Made by a program: the position numbers and the translations under genes. A stretch of 64,000 nt of DNA, from NCBI GenBank assembly GCA_964628035.1, contig CAZVPI010000005.1, forward strand, positions 83,048 through 147,047. The letters run 5' to 3'. This DNA is from an uncultured Clostridia bacterium. GTDB taxonomy: Bacteria > Acidobacteriota > Aminicenantia > UBA2199. Every line of letters starts with the position of its first letter. Positions within the stretch are counted from its first letter, which is position 1. The notes under the pieces were generated by a model. That model saw nothing but the letters and a program-made list of their open reading frames with translations, made no database searches and was not told the DNA's origin. Positions 9,989 to 19,312 of the stretch are shown in pieces.

Positions 9989-10862
9989 CCCGCCGCGGCG
10001 CTCGGGCTACGTGGCCTTGGTCGGCCGCACCAACGTCGGCAAGTCGACCTTCCTCAACGCCCTGCTGGAGGCCAAGATCGCCATTGTCTCGGCCAAGCCG
10101 CAGACCACGCGCCGCCGCATCCTGGGCATCAAGACCACCCCCCGCGGCCAGGCCGTCTTCTTCGACTGCCCGGGCGTGCACAAGCCCCACTTCAAGCTGA
10201 ACGAGCTGATGATGAAGGAGGTGCGCGACGCCCTGCACGACGCCGACCTGGTCCTCTATTTCGTGGCCCTGCGCGACCCCAGCCGCGACGAGTTCATCCA
10301 CTCGCTGCTGGCCGAGGCCAGGAAACCGGTGATCCTGGTGATCAACAAGATCGACCAGCAGGGCCGCGGCCGCGTCCTGGCGAAGATCCAGGAGTACAAG
10401 GACGCCTTCCCCTGGAAGGAGATCGTCCCCGTCTCGGCGCTGCGCGGCGACAACCTGGAGCTCCTCGAGGAGCTGATCTTCGGCTATCTCCCGCCCGGGG
10501 AGGACCTCTACCCGGCCGAGGAGAGCACCCTGCAGAGCCAGGCCTTCTACGTCGGCGAGCTCGTGCGCGAGAAGGCGCTGGGCCTGGTCGAGGACGAGCT
10601 GCCGTTCACCACCACGGTGAAGGTCGAGGAGATCAAGGACCGCGGCGACACGGTCTACGTGCGCGCCGAAGTCTACGTGGACAACCCGGCGCAGAAAAAG
10701 ATCGTCGTCGGCAAACAGGGCGGCCTGGTCAAGCGCATCGGCAGCGAGGGACGGGCGGCGTTGGAGGAGTACTTCGCCAAGAAGGTCTTCCTTGACCTGT
10801 TCGTCAAGGTCGTCCCCGGCTGGCGCAACTCGCCGCAGGTCATCCGCGGGATCTTCGACTGA
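9975..10862 (+). CDS. era: GTPase Era
   Basis: GRTNVGKST, KPQTTR, DCPG, NKID, SAL, KH domain with VGKQG; GTG start. Confidence 0.95.
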   Translation: MKKSSPPRRSGYVALVGRTNVGKSTFLNALLEAKIAIVSAKPQTTRRRILGIKTTPRGQAVFFDCPGVHKPHFKLNELMMKEVRDALHDADLVLYFVALRDPSRDEFIHSLLAEARKPVILVINKIDQQGRGRVLAKIQEYKDAFPWKEIVPVSALRGDNLELLEELIFGYLPPGEDLYPAEESTLQSQAFYVGELVREKALGLVEDELPFTTTVKVEEIKDRGDTVYVRAEVYVDNPAQKKIVVGKQGGLVKRIGSEGRAALEEYFAKKVFLDLFVKVVPGWRNSPQVIRGIFD

Positions 10863-10872
10863 AGGGGAGCGG

Positions 10873-10933
10873 GCCGGGGAATCCCCCGGCCGGGCTGGCC
10901 ACATCCCCGGCGCGGGCCCCGGGAAATCCCCGG
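10873..10933. repeat. tandem GC-rich hairpins (CCGGG(G/A)AATCCCC(C)GG twice, plus one partial copy)
   Basis: copies at 10874-10889 and 10919-10933; partial ATCCCCGG at 10903-10910. Confidence 0.55.
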
Positions 10934-10974
10934 TTGCTATTTATCGATACTTATAATAAAATACGCCTTGCAAC

Positions 10975-12534
10975 ATGCTGAAAACCAACACGCTGCGCTC
11001 CAAGTTCCTGTGGTCGTTCATCCTGCTGAGCCTGGCGTACATCGCGATCTCGGCGGTTTTCAGCCTGCGCATGGTCGACCGCGCCAACAGCCGCATGGCC
11101 TGGGCCAGCTTCGAGCGCTGGGCCCGCGACTTCGAGACCCTGGCCGAGCCGAACTTCATCTATTTCAATTACATGAACCTGAAGGGACAGGCCGAGGACG
11201 TCCTCAAGGACAACGAGCGCGACTTCATCGCCCTGTACGACGCCCAGGAGCGCGAGATCTTCTTCAAGGGCCCGGAGGCGGCGCGCCGGCGGCTGCAGAC
11301 CCTGCGCCGCGAATGCGGCGCCCAGGTGCGCCGGGCGCGCATCGGCGGCCGGCCCTACCTGCTGATACGCCTGCCGGTGCAGGTCGCCGCCGCCGACACG
11401 GTGTGGGGGCACATCCTCTTCGGGCACTCCGACGAGGACAACCAGGCCCTGCTGGGCAGGCTGCGCCTCACCGTGCTGGCCGCCTCCGCGGTGCTGCTGC
11501 TGGTCTTCGTGGGCGCGATCGCCTTCATCAACCGCCGGCTGACGCATCCCATCAGCCTGCTGAAAGACGGTCTGGACAAGATCAGCCACGGCGATTTCTC
11601 CCACCGCATCGAGATCCACTCCAACGACGAGTTCTCCTATTTGGGCAACCAGTTCAACGAGATGGCCGAGAAGATCGAGGGCATGCTGACCGAGATCGAG
11701 GCCACCCACCGCAACCTGGAGAAGCAGGTCGCCTCGCGCACCCGCGAACTGAACGAGTCCAACCAGAAGCTGCAGGTGGCCATGCAGGAGCTGCGCGACA
11801 CGCAGCGGCACATCATCCAGACCGAGAAGCAGAAGTCGCTGACCGCCATCGTCTCCGGCTTCGCCCACGAGATCAACAACCCGCTGACCGGCATCCTGGG
11901 CTATGTCGACCTGCTGTCCATCCGCGAGGACGCCAGCCCCTACCTGCGCGAGAAGCTGGGCAGCATCCAGAAGCAGGCCCTGCGCATCAAGAACATCATC
12001 GACCAGCTCAACCAGATGAACCCCGACATGGAGCAGGTGAAGATGGAGCTGAGCCTGACCAACCTGCTGGAGAAGCTGGTCAAGGTCATCGGCGGCCGGC
12101 CGGAGAACAGCGGGGTCGCCATCGCCCGCCACGGCATACGCCAGGATGTCATCATCCACGGCAACCATTTCGCCCTCTGGCAGGTGTTCGAGGGCATCGT
12201 GGAGAACGCCATCGAGGCGCTGCGCGAGAACCGCGTGGCCAACGGCCGGGTCGACATCGAGCTGAAGCGCTCGCTCGACGGCCGGCAGGCCGTGGTGGAG
12301 GTGCGCGACAACGGCGGCGGCTTCCAGAACATCGAAAAGGCCTTCGACCCCTTCTACACCACCAAGAGCCGCACCCAGAAGAAGGGCATCGGCCTGACCA
12401 TCGCCTACACCATCATCCAGGAGCACCAGGGCAACATCGTCATCCGCAACAACGAGGAGGGCGGGGCCACGGTGACGGTCTACCTGCAGGCGGCGGAACG
12501 CAACGGCAAAAACCAAGCGCAAGCGGAGGAATAA
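10975..12534 (+). CDS. membrane sensor histidine kinase (2TM-HAMP-HisKA-HATPase)
   Basis: two TM helices, HAMP (LTHPISLL...DEFSYL), FAHEINNPL H-box, ENAIEA, DNGGG, PFYTTK. Confidence 0.9.
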   Translation: MLKTNTLRSKFLWSFILLSLAYIAISAVFSLRMVDRANSRMAWASFERWARDFETLAEPNFIYFNYMNLKGQAEDVLKDNERDFIALYDAQEREIFFKGPEAARRRLQTLRRECGAQVRRARIGGRPYLLIRLPVQVAAADTVWGHILFGHSDEDNQALLGRLRLTVLAASAVLLLVFVGAIAFINRRLTHPISLLKDGLDKISHGDFSHRIEIHSNDEFSYLGNQFNEMAEKIEGMLTEIEATHRNLEKQVASRTRELNESNQKLQVAMQELRDTQRHIIQTEKQKSLTAIVSGFAHEINNPLTGILGYVDLLSIREDASPYLREKLGSIQKQALRIKNIIDQLNQMNPDMEQVKMELSLTNLLEKLVKVIGGRPENSGVAIARHGIRQDVIIHGNHFALWQVFEGIVENAIEALRENRVANGRVDIELKRSLDGRQAVVEVRDNGGGFQNIEKAFDPFYTTKSRTQKKGIGLTIAYTIIQEHQGNIVIRNNEEGGATVTVYLQAAERNGKNQAQAEE

Positions 12535-12536
12535 TC

Positions 12537-14462
12537 ATGCTCGGATCGATGAGAAAGAACCTGAAATCGCTTTCCTGGACCCTGTGGCTGGTCATCCTGG
12601 CCTTCGTCGGCTTCATCTTCGTGCAATGGGGGTCGGGCCGCTTCGACTCGGAGGGCCTCGACCTGGACGTGGCCGCCGTCGGCCGCTCCGCCATCAGCGG
12701 CGAGGAGTTCCAGAAGAACCTGGCCCGCTCGCTGGAGATGTACAAGCAGCAGTTCAAGGACGGCCTCAACCGCCAGGTCATCCAGCAGCTGGCCATTCCC
12801 GAGCAGGTTCTGCAGGGGATGATCAGCGGCCGCGTCGTCCAGGCCGAGGCGCGCAGGCTCGGGCTGCGCGTCAGCGACTCCGAGCTCGGCGACGCCATCC
12901 GCCGCAACCCCTCCTTCCAGCGCGACGGCGCGTTCATCGGCTCCGAGGAGTACGAGCGGCTGCTGGCCTACAACCACGTCACGGTCATCGAGTTCGAAGA
13001 GAGCCTGCGCCAGGACCTGCTGGCCGAGAAGCTCAAGGAGCTGGTGAGCGCGGGCCTCGTCCTCGACCCCGACCGGCTGCGCGAGGACTTCCGCCGCGAG
13101 AACGACCAGGCCGAGCTGGAGGCCGTCGTCCTGCGCCTGGACGCGGCCCAGGACGCGCCCGCCTTGGGCGAGGCCGAGCTGCTCGAATTCTACGGAAAGA
13201 ACCCGGCGCTCTTCCAGGGCGCCGAGAAGCGCTCGGGAGAGGTGCTGGCCCTGAGGTTCGCCGACCTCAAGAAGGAGGTCGGCCTCAAGGAAGAGGAGTT
13301 GTTCGCCTACTACCGCCAGAACGCGTCCCTGTTCCGCGTGCCGGGCAAGACCAAGGTCAGCCGCATCTTCCTGCCCTACGAGCCGGCGACGCGCGAGGAC
13401 GTCCTGAGGCGCTTGGAGGAGGCCGCCGCCGCGCTGAGCGCCGACGGCTTCGCCGCCAAAGCCCGCGAGATGTCGGCCGACGAGAAGGCCGGCGAGGGGG
13501 GCGACTGGGGCTACTGGGGCTGGCAGGCCTTCAGCGCCCAGGAGAAGACGATGATCGAGCGCCTGGCGCAGGGGGAGATCTCGTCGCCGGTGGACACCGG
13601 CAAGGGCTTCGCGCTGCTGCACGTGAGCGAGAAGGTCGAGGAGCAGCAGGAGAGCTTCGACGTGGTCAAGCCGCGCATCCGCGGCATCCTGGAGAACGAG
13701 CGCCTGCGCAAGCTGGCCGGCGAGCGCATGGCCCGGGCCCATGCGCGCATCAAGAAAGCCGGGAGCCTGGAGGCCGGCGCCGCCATGCTGGGAGCCAAGG
13801 TCGTCGCCAGCCAGCCGCTCACCCGCGGCCAGGCGCTTCCCGGCATCGACGACATGGGCTATGTTTCCCAGAAGCTGTTCGCCCTGGGCGAGGGGGAGAT
13901 CTCCGAGCCCCTGGAGTTCCCCGACGGCGTGGCCGTGGTGCGGCTGACCCGCGTGGACAAGGCGCAGACCGAGCCCTTTGCGGCCGTGCGCGAGAAGGTC
14001 GCGCAGGAAGCGGGCAAGGTTTGGAAGCTGGAGCGGCTGCAGGAGCGGGCCCGGCAGCTCGCCGCTGCATTGAACCGCCTGGGCGATGCCGCCAAGGCCG
14101 GGGAATTCCTGAAAAAGGAGGGGCTGAAGTCCGAAAAAGCGACCTACCGCCGCGGCGGAAACCTGCTCGACCTGGAGTCCGTTCAGGGGCTGGACGAGGC
14201 CGTGTTCGCCCTGGCCGAGAACGCCTATGCGCCGCTGGCCCTGAAGAACGGCGCCGCCGTCGTGCGCCTGACCAGCCGCAAGGTGGTCGGCGACGAGGGA
14301 TTCGCCAAGGAGCGCCAGGCCTATTACGCCAAGCGCCTGGAGGAGGCCAAGAGCGCGCGCTTCTCCTCTTTCCTGATGGGCCGCAAGGACGACTACCCGG
14401 TCCGCTTCAACGCCGAACTGTTCGAAAGGGTGAAGGAATCGGTCCTCTCCCGCTTCCGCTGA
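12537..14462 (+). CDS. ppiD: PpiD/SurA-like periplasmic chaperone, peptidyl-prolyl isomerase
   Basis: N-terminal TM anchor, SurA N-domain, parvulin-like GGDWGY, PpiD-type C-terminus; start after AGGA. Confidence 0.8.
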   Translation: MLGSMRKNLKSLSWTLWLVILAFVGFIFVQWGSGRFDSEGLDLDVAAVGRSAISGEEFQKNLARSLEMYKQQFKDGLNRQVIQQLAIPEQVLQGMISGRVVQAEARRLGLRVSDSELGDAIRRNPSFQRDGAFIGSEEYERLLAYNHVTVIEFEESLRQDLLAEKLKELVSAGLVLDPDRLREDFRRENDQAELEAVVLRLDAAQDAPALGEAELLEFYGKNPALFQGAEKRSGEVLALRFADLKKEVGLKEEELFAYYRQNASLFRVPGKTKVSRIFLPYEPATREDVLRRLEEAAAALSADGFAAKAREMSADEKAGEGGDWGYWGWQAFSAQEKTMIERLAQGEISSPVDTGKGFALLHVSEKVEEQQESFDVVKPRIRGILENERLRKLAGERMARAHARIKKAGSLEAGAAMLGAKVVASQPLTRGQALPGIDDMGYVSQKLFALGEGEISEPLEFPDGVAVVRLTRVDKAQTEPFAAVREKVAQEAGKVWKLERLQERARQLAAALNRLGDAAKAGEFLKKEGLKSEKATYRRGGNLLDLESVQGLDEAVFALAENAYAPLALKNGAAVVRLTSRKVVGDEGFAKERQAYYAKRLEEAKSARFSSFLMGRKDDYPVRFNAELFERVKESVLSRFR

Positions 14463-14476
14463 CAAGGAGGAACCCC

Positions 14477-16492
14477 ATGAGCCACGCCAACCCGACCCGG
14501 CCCCAGGGCATGCCCGAGGGGGCCTTCGAGGTCCTGCCCGCCGGAAAGGAATACGTCCCCTACGTGCGCGCCGACCAGGCCTTGCCCGAGGTGACGGCCC
14601 GCTCGCTCGTGCTCGGCCTGATCATGGCCATCGTCTTCTCGGCCGCCGCCGCCTTCCTGGGGCTGAAGATCGGCCAGGTGTTCGAGGCCGCCATCCCCAT
14701 CGCCATCATCGCCGTGGGCGTGGCGCCGCTTTTCCGGCGCAAGAGCACCATCCTGGAGAACGTCATCGTGCAGTCGGTCGGCGCCGCCTCGGGGCTGGTC
14801 GTCGCCGGCGCCATCTTCACCCTGCCGGCCCTCTTCATCCTGGGGCTCGACCGGGAGATCGGCTTCGACCTGTTCAAGATCTTCATGGTCTCCTTCCTGG
14901 GCGGGGCCCTGGGCGTCCTCTTCCTGATCCCGTTCCGCAAGTACTTCGTCAAGGAGATGCACGGCCACTTTCCGTTCCCCGAGGCCACGGCCACGGCCCA
15001 GGTGCTGGTGGCCGGCGAAAAGGGGGGCGCCCAGGCCAGGATCCTGGTCAAGAGCATGGTCATCGGCGGCCTGTTCGACTTCATGGTCCATTCCGTGGGG
15101 GCCTTCCCGGAGGTCTTCAGCAGCCGCATCCTGCCCGTCGGCCGGGCGCTGGCCGACAAGGCCAAGATCGTGCTCAAGTTCGACGTGCTGTCGGCCGTCC
15201 TGGGTCTGGGCTACATCATCGGCCTGAAGTACACCTCGATCATCGCCGCCGGCAGCCTGCTGTCCTGGCTGCTGCTGGTGCCGGTCATCCACTACTTCGG
15301 CCAGTTCATCCCGGCCGAAATCGTGGGCAACGCCCCCAAGCTGATCTCGGCCATGAGCGCCGAGGAGATCTTCGCCCACTACGTGCGCTTCATCGGCATC
15401 GGCGCCATCGCCATGGCCGGCATCATCGGCATCCTCAAGTCCTCGAAGATCATCGTCCAGGCCTTCGGCATGGGCTTCAAGCAGATCCTGCGCACGCCGG
15501 CCGCCGGCGAGGCCGCCGAGCCGCGCACGCAGACCGATCTGAACATGAAGTGGGTCATCCTGGGGCTGGGGCTGACCGTCCTGGTCGTCTGGGCCTTCTT
15601 CACCTTCTCGGTGCTGGCGCCGGTGGCCCAGCCGCTGAAGATCGGGCTGATCGCCACGCTGACCGTGTTCGTCATCAGCTTCCTGTTCACCTCGGTGGCG
15701 GCGCGGGCCATCGCCATCGTCGGCACCAACCCGGTTTCGGGCATGACCATGATGACCCTGATCCTGAGCAGCCTGGTGCTGGTCGCCGCCGGCCTCAGCG
15801 GCGAGTACGGCATGTACGCCGCCCTGCTCATCGGCGGCGTCGTCTGCACCGCCCTCTCCATGTCGGGCGGCTTCATCACCGACCTGAAGGTCGGCTACTG
15901 GCTGGGCTCGACGCCGCTCAAGCAGCAGACCTACAAGTTCCTGGGCATCTTCGTCTCCTCGCTCACCGTCGGCCTGGTCATCTTCCTGCTGCACAAGACC
16001 TACGGCTTCACCGGCGGCGATGCCCTGGCCGCGCCGCAGGCCAACGCCATGGCCGCCCTGATCCAGCCGCTGATGAACCCCGGCGCCCAGGTCCCCTGGC
16101 TGCTGTACGGCGTCGGCGTCCTCACCGCCCTGATCATGGAGTTCATCGGCGTGCCGCCGCTGGCCTTCGCCCTGGGCATGTACATCCCGCTGGAGCTCAA
16201 CACGCCGCTGGTGATCGGCGGCCTGATCGCCCACCTGGTCTCGCGCTCCAGCGCCGACAAGGACCTGGCCGCGAAGCGCTATGACCGCGGCATCCTCACC
16301 GCCTCCGGCTTCATCGCCGGCGGGGCCATCATCGGCGTGGTCAGCGCCATCCTGAAATGGCGGCTGCAGGACGGGCTGCCCTGGCTTTCCTGGGCCGGGG
16401 GGCGCCACGGCGAGACGATCGCCCTGGTCCTGTTCGTCCTGATCGCGGTCTACCTCTACGCCGACTCGCGCCGGGCCCGCAGGGAGGATTGA
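14477..16492 (+). CDS. OPT-family oligopeptide transporter
   Basis: FLGLKIGQ, EAAIPIAI, ENVIVQS, FPEATA, GTNPVSG, DLKVGYWLGSTP, APQANAM; GGAGG RBS. Confidence 0.9.
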   Translation: MSHANPTRPQGMPEGAFEVLPAGKEYVPYVRADQALPEVTARSLVLGLIMAIVFSAAAAFLGLKIGQVFEAAIPIAIIAVGVAPLFRRKSTILENVIVQSVGAASGLVVAGAIFTLPALFILGLDREIGFDLFKIFMVSFLGGALGVLFLIPFRKYFVKEMHGHFPFPEATATAQVLVAGEKGGAQARILVKSMVIGGLFDFMVHSVGAFPEVFSSRILPVGRALADKAKIVLKFDVLSAVLGLGYIIGLKYTSIIAAGSLLSWLLLVPVIHYFGQFIPAEIVGNAPKLISAMSAEEIFAHYVRFIGIGAIAMAGIIGILKSSKIIVQAFGMGFKQILRTPAAGEAAEPRTQTDLNMKWVILGLGLTVLVVWAFFTFSVLAPVAQPLKIGLIATLTVFVISFLFTSVAARAIAIVGTNPVSGMTMMTLILSSLVLVAAGLSGEYGMYAALLIGGVVCTALSMSGGFITDLKVGYWLGSTPLKQQTYKFLGIFVSSLTVGLVIFLLHKTYGFTGGDALAAPQANAMAALIQPLMNPGAQVPWLLYGVGVLTALIMEFIGVPPLAFALGMYIPLELNTPLVIGGLIAHLVSRSSADKDLAAKRYDRGILTASGFIAGGAIIGVVSAILKWRLQDGLPWLSWAGGRHGETIALVLFVLIAVYLYADSRRARRED

Positions 16493-17679
16493 TGGAAAAG
16501 GAGAAGATCGCCCAGGCCATCCAGATCCTGGGCGAGCTGGACCTCGACCTGTGGCTGGTCATCGACCGCGAGTCGGGGATCCTCAGCGACCCGGTCATGG
16601 ACTTCGTCGTCGGCCAGCACGCCACCTGGCTGTCGTTCTTCCTCTTCGCGCGCAACGGCGAGAAGCACGCCGTCGTCGGCAACCTGGACGTGGAGACGTT
16701 CCGCCGCTGCGGGCTGTTCGACACCGTGTCGGCCTACAAGGGCAGCCCCCAAGAGGACCTGCTGCGCCTGCTGGGGCGCCTGGCGCCGCGGCGCATCGCC
16801 ATCGACTACTCGCCCGACTGCGCCGCCGCCGACGGCCTGACCCACGGCAACTACCTCAAGCTGCAGGAACTGCTGCAGGGGAGCGACTTCGGCCGGCGCC
16901 TGGTCCCGGCCGAGGAGCTCATCTCCCGGCTGCGCGGCCGCAAGTCGGCCGAGGAGCTGCGCCGCCTGCGCCGCGCCTGCGAGATCACGAACGGCATCTA
17001 CGACCGGGTCGGCCGGGCGGTCAGGCCGGGGATGACCGAGAAGGACCTGGCGGCCTGGATCAGCGCCCGGCGGCGGAAGCTGGGCCTCGCTGCCGCCTGG
17101 CACGAGGACAGCTGCCCCGCCGTCTTCTCCGGCCCCCAGGAGGTCGGCGCCCACTCGGCCCCCACCGGCAACGAGCTGAAGCCGGGCCACATCTTCAACA
17201 TCGATTTCGGGGTCAAGGTCGAGAGGTACTGCTCGGACCTGCAGCGCACCTGGTACATCCTGCGCCCCGGGGAGAAGAAGGCGCCGCCCGAGGTGCAGCG
17301 CGGCTTCGCTGTCCTCCTGGAGGCCATCGCCAGGGCCTTTGCGGCGCTCAAGCCCGGCGCGCGCGGGATCGACGTCGACGCCGCGGCCCGAAGCCACATC
17401 GTCGCCCAGGGCTACGACGAGTATCCCCACGCCCTGGGCCACCAGGTGGGCCGCGACGCCCACGACGGCGGCGCCCTGCTGGCGCCGGCCTGGGAGCGCT
17501 ACGGCCAGCTGCCGTTCATGCCCCTCGAAAAGGACCAGGTGTTCACCATCGAGCCGCGCATCTATGTCAAGGACTTCGGCGTGGCCACGGTCGAGGAAAT
17601 GGTCGTCCTCACCGCCGCCGGAGCCGAGTACCTCTCGCGGCCGCAAACCGAGCTCTTCCTGGTGAAGCCCAGGAGGTGA
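16492..17679 (+). CDS. Xaa-Pro aminopeptidase (M24 family)
   Basis: DFGV...CSDLQRT, HALGHQVG, TIEP, VEE metal ligands. Confidence 0.88.
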   Translation: MEKEKIAQAIQILGELDLDLWLVIDRESGILSDPVMDFVVGQHATWLSFFLFARNGEKHAVVGNLDVETFRRCGLFDTVSAYKGSPQEDLLRLLGRLAPRRIAIDYSPDCAAADGLTHGNYLKLQELLQGSDFGRRLVPAEELISRLRGRKSAEELRRLRRACEITNGIYDRVGRAVRPGMTEKDLAAWISARRRKLGLAAAWHEDSCPAVFSGPQEVGAHSAPTGNELKPGHIFNIDFGVKVERYCSDLQRTWYILRPGEKKAPPEVQRGFAVLLEAIARAFAALKPGARGIDVDAAARSHIVAQGYDEYPHALGHQVGRDAHDGGALLAPAWERYGQLPFMPLEKDQVFTIEPRIYVKDFGVATVEEMVVLTAAGAEYLSRPQTELFLVKPRR

Positions 17680-17684
17680 AGCCC

Positions 17685-18578
17685 ATGGCCAGCGGCACGG
17701 CGGCAGGCGGCAGAAAGCCCGAGTGGCTCAAGACGCCCCTGCCCAGCGGCGACGCCTATTTCGCCCTCAAGCGGCGCCTGGAGCAGCGCGGGCTGCACAC
17801 CATCTGCCAGAGCGCCCGCTGCCCCAACGCCCACGAGTGCTGGAATGCGGGCAACGCCACCTTCCTGATCATGGGCGACGTGTGCAGCCGCGACTGCCGC
17901 TTCTGCGCCGTCACCCACGGCGTTCCCTCCCCCCTGGACCCCGGCGAGCCCGGCAGGCTGGCCGAGATGGCGGGTCTGATGGACCTGTCCTATGCCGTCA
18001 TCACCTCGGTGACCCGCGACGACCTGGACGACAAGGGCAGCGGCCACTTCGCCGCCGTCGTCTCGCGCCTCAAGTCGGCCCGGCCGCGGATGGGCGTCGA
18101 GGCGCTGGTCCCCGATTTCAGCGGCCGCAGCGACCTGCTCGACCGCGTCCTTGACGCCGGGCCCGACGTGCTGGCCCACAATGTGGAGGCGGTTCCCGCG
18201 CTGTACCCGGCGCTGGGGCGCCGCGCCGGCGCCTTCGCCGATTCCCTCCGTGTCCTGGCCCACGCCAAGGGCCGGGGCTGGGTCAGCAAGAGCGGCCTGA
18301 TGGTCGGGCTGGGGGAGAGCCGCGCCCAGCTGCGCGAGCTGCTGCGCCGCCTGCGCGATGCCGGCGTCGACGCCCTGACCATCGGCCAGTACCTGCGGCC
18401 CGACCGGCGCAGCCTGCCGGTCGCCCGGTATGTGCCCCCGCAGGAATTCGTGGAACTCAAGCAGGAGGCGCTGGCGCTGGGTTTCCTGGCCGTGGAGGCG
18501 GGGCCTTTCGTCCGCAGCTCCTATCACGCCGACGTCATGCAGCAAGCGGTGAACCGTGCGCTATCTCGTATTCAGTGA
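17685..18578 (+). CDS. lipA: lipoyl synthase
   Basis: CQSARCPNAHEC, CSRDCRFC, ITSVTRDDL, HNVE, GQYLRP, RSSY. Confidence 0.95.
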   Translation: MASGTAAGGRKPEWLKTPLPSGDAYFALKRRLEQRGLHTICQSARCPNAHECWNAGNATFLIMGDVCSRDCRFCAVTHGVPSPLDPGEPGRLAEMAGLMDLSYAVITSVTRDDLDDKGSGHFAAVVSRLKSARPRMGVEALVPDFSGRSDLLDRVLDAGPDVLAHNVEAVPALYPALGRRAGAFADSLRVLAHAKGRGWVSKSGLMVGLGESRAQLRELLRRLRDAGVDALTIGQYLRPDRRSLPVARYVPPQEFVELKQEALALGFLAVEAGPFVRSSYHADVMQQAVNRALSRIQ

Positions 18579-19293
18579 CATCCACAGCAACCTCGAGGCC
18601 TTCGAGAGGTTCCTGGCCCAGAAAAAGGTCAAGAGCGTCGACAAGATCCTTTTCCTGGGCGACCTGGTCGGCTATGGCCCCGATCCCGACGGCGTGATCA
18701 GCCAGTTCCGCCTGCTGCCGCACTTGCGGGCGGTGCGCGGCAACCACGACAAGGTGATCGCCGACCTGGAGTCGTCGGCGCTGTTCAATCCGGCCGCGGC
18801 CTTCTCCGCCGAGTGGAGCAAGCTGCATATTTCTCCGGCCAACTTCCTGTACCTGAAGAAGCTGCCCAAGGGGCCGCAGGTGATCGACCGCTTCATCACC
18901 CTCTGCCACGGCTCGACGTTCGACGAGGACTACTACGTGTTCTCGCAGTTCGAGGCCACCGAGTCCTTCCGCTTCATGACCACGTCCATCGGCTTCTTCG
19001 GCCACACCCATTTCCCCATCATTTATTACCTGCGCAACGAGAAACTCGACGTCGTGCCCCTGGTCGAGAATGCGCGCATCAAGCTCGACCGCAACACCCG
19101 CTACCTGATCAATCCCGGCTCCATCGGCCAGCCGCGCGACAAGAACCCGTCTTCGAGCTACATCGTCTTCGATTCCGTCAAGATGGAGATCAGCTTCAAC
19201 CGCTTCACCTACGAAGTGGGCAAGACCCAGAGAAAGATCCGCGACGCCGGCCTGCCCGAACTCCTGGCCAGCCGCCTGGAGGCGGGCGTGTAG
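18556..19293 (+). CDS. calcineurin-like metallophosphoesterase
   Basis: DIHSN, GDLVGYG, GNHD, CHGS, GHTH, NPGSIGQPRD; GTG start. Confidence 0.9.
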   Translation: MRYLVFSDIHSNLEAFERFLAQKKVKSVDKILFLGDLVGYGPDPDGVISQFRLLPHLRAVRGNHDKVIADLESSALFNPAAAFSAEWSKLHISPANFLYLKKLPKGPQVIDRFITLCHGSTFDEDYYVFSQFEATESFRFMTTSIGFFGHTHFPIIYYLRNEKLDVVPLVENARIKLDRNTRYLINPGSIGQPRDKNPSSSYIVFDSVKMEISFNRFTYEVGKTQRKIRDAGLPELLASRLEAGV

Positions 19294-19312
19294 CGCCGGC
19301 ATGGAGGACCCC

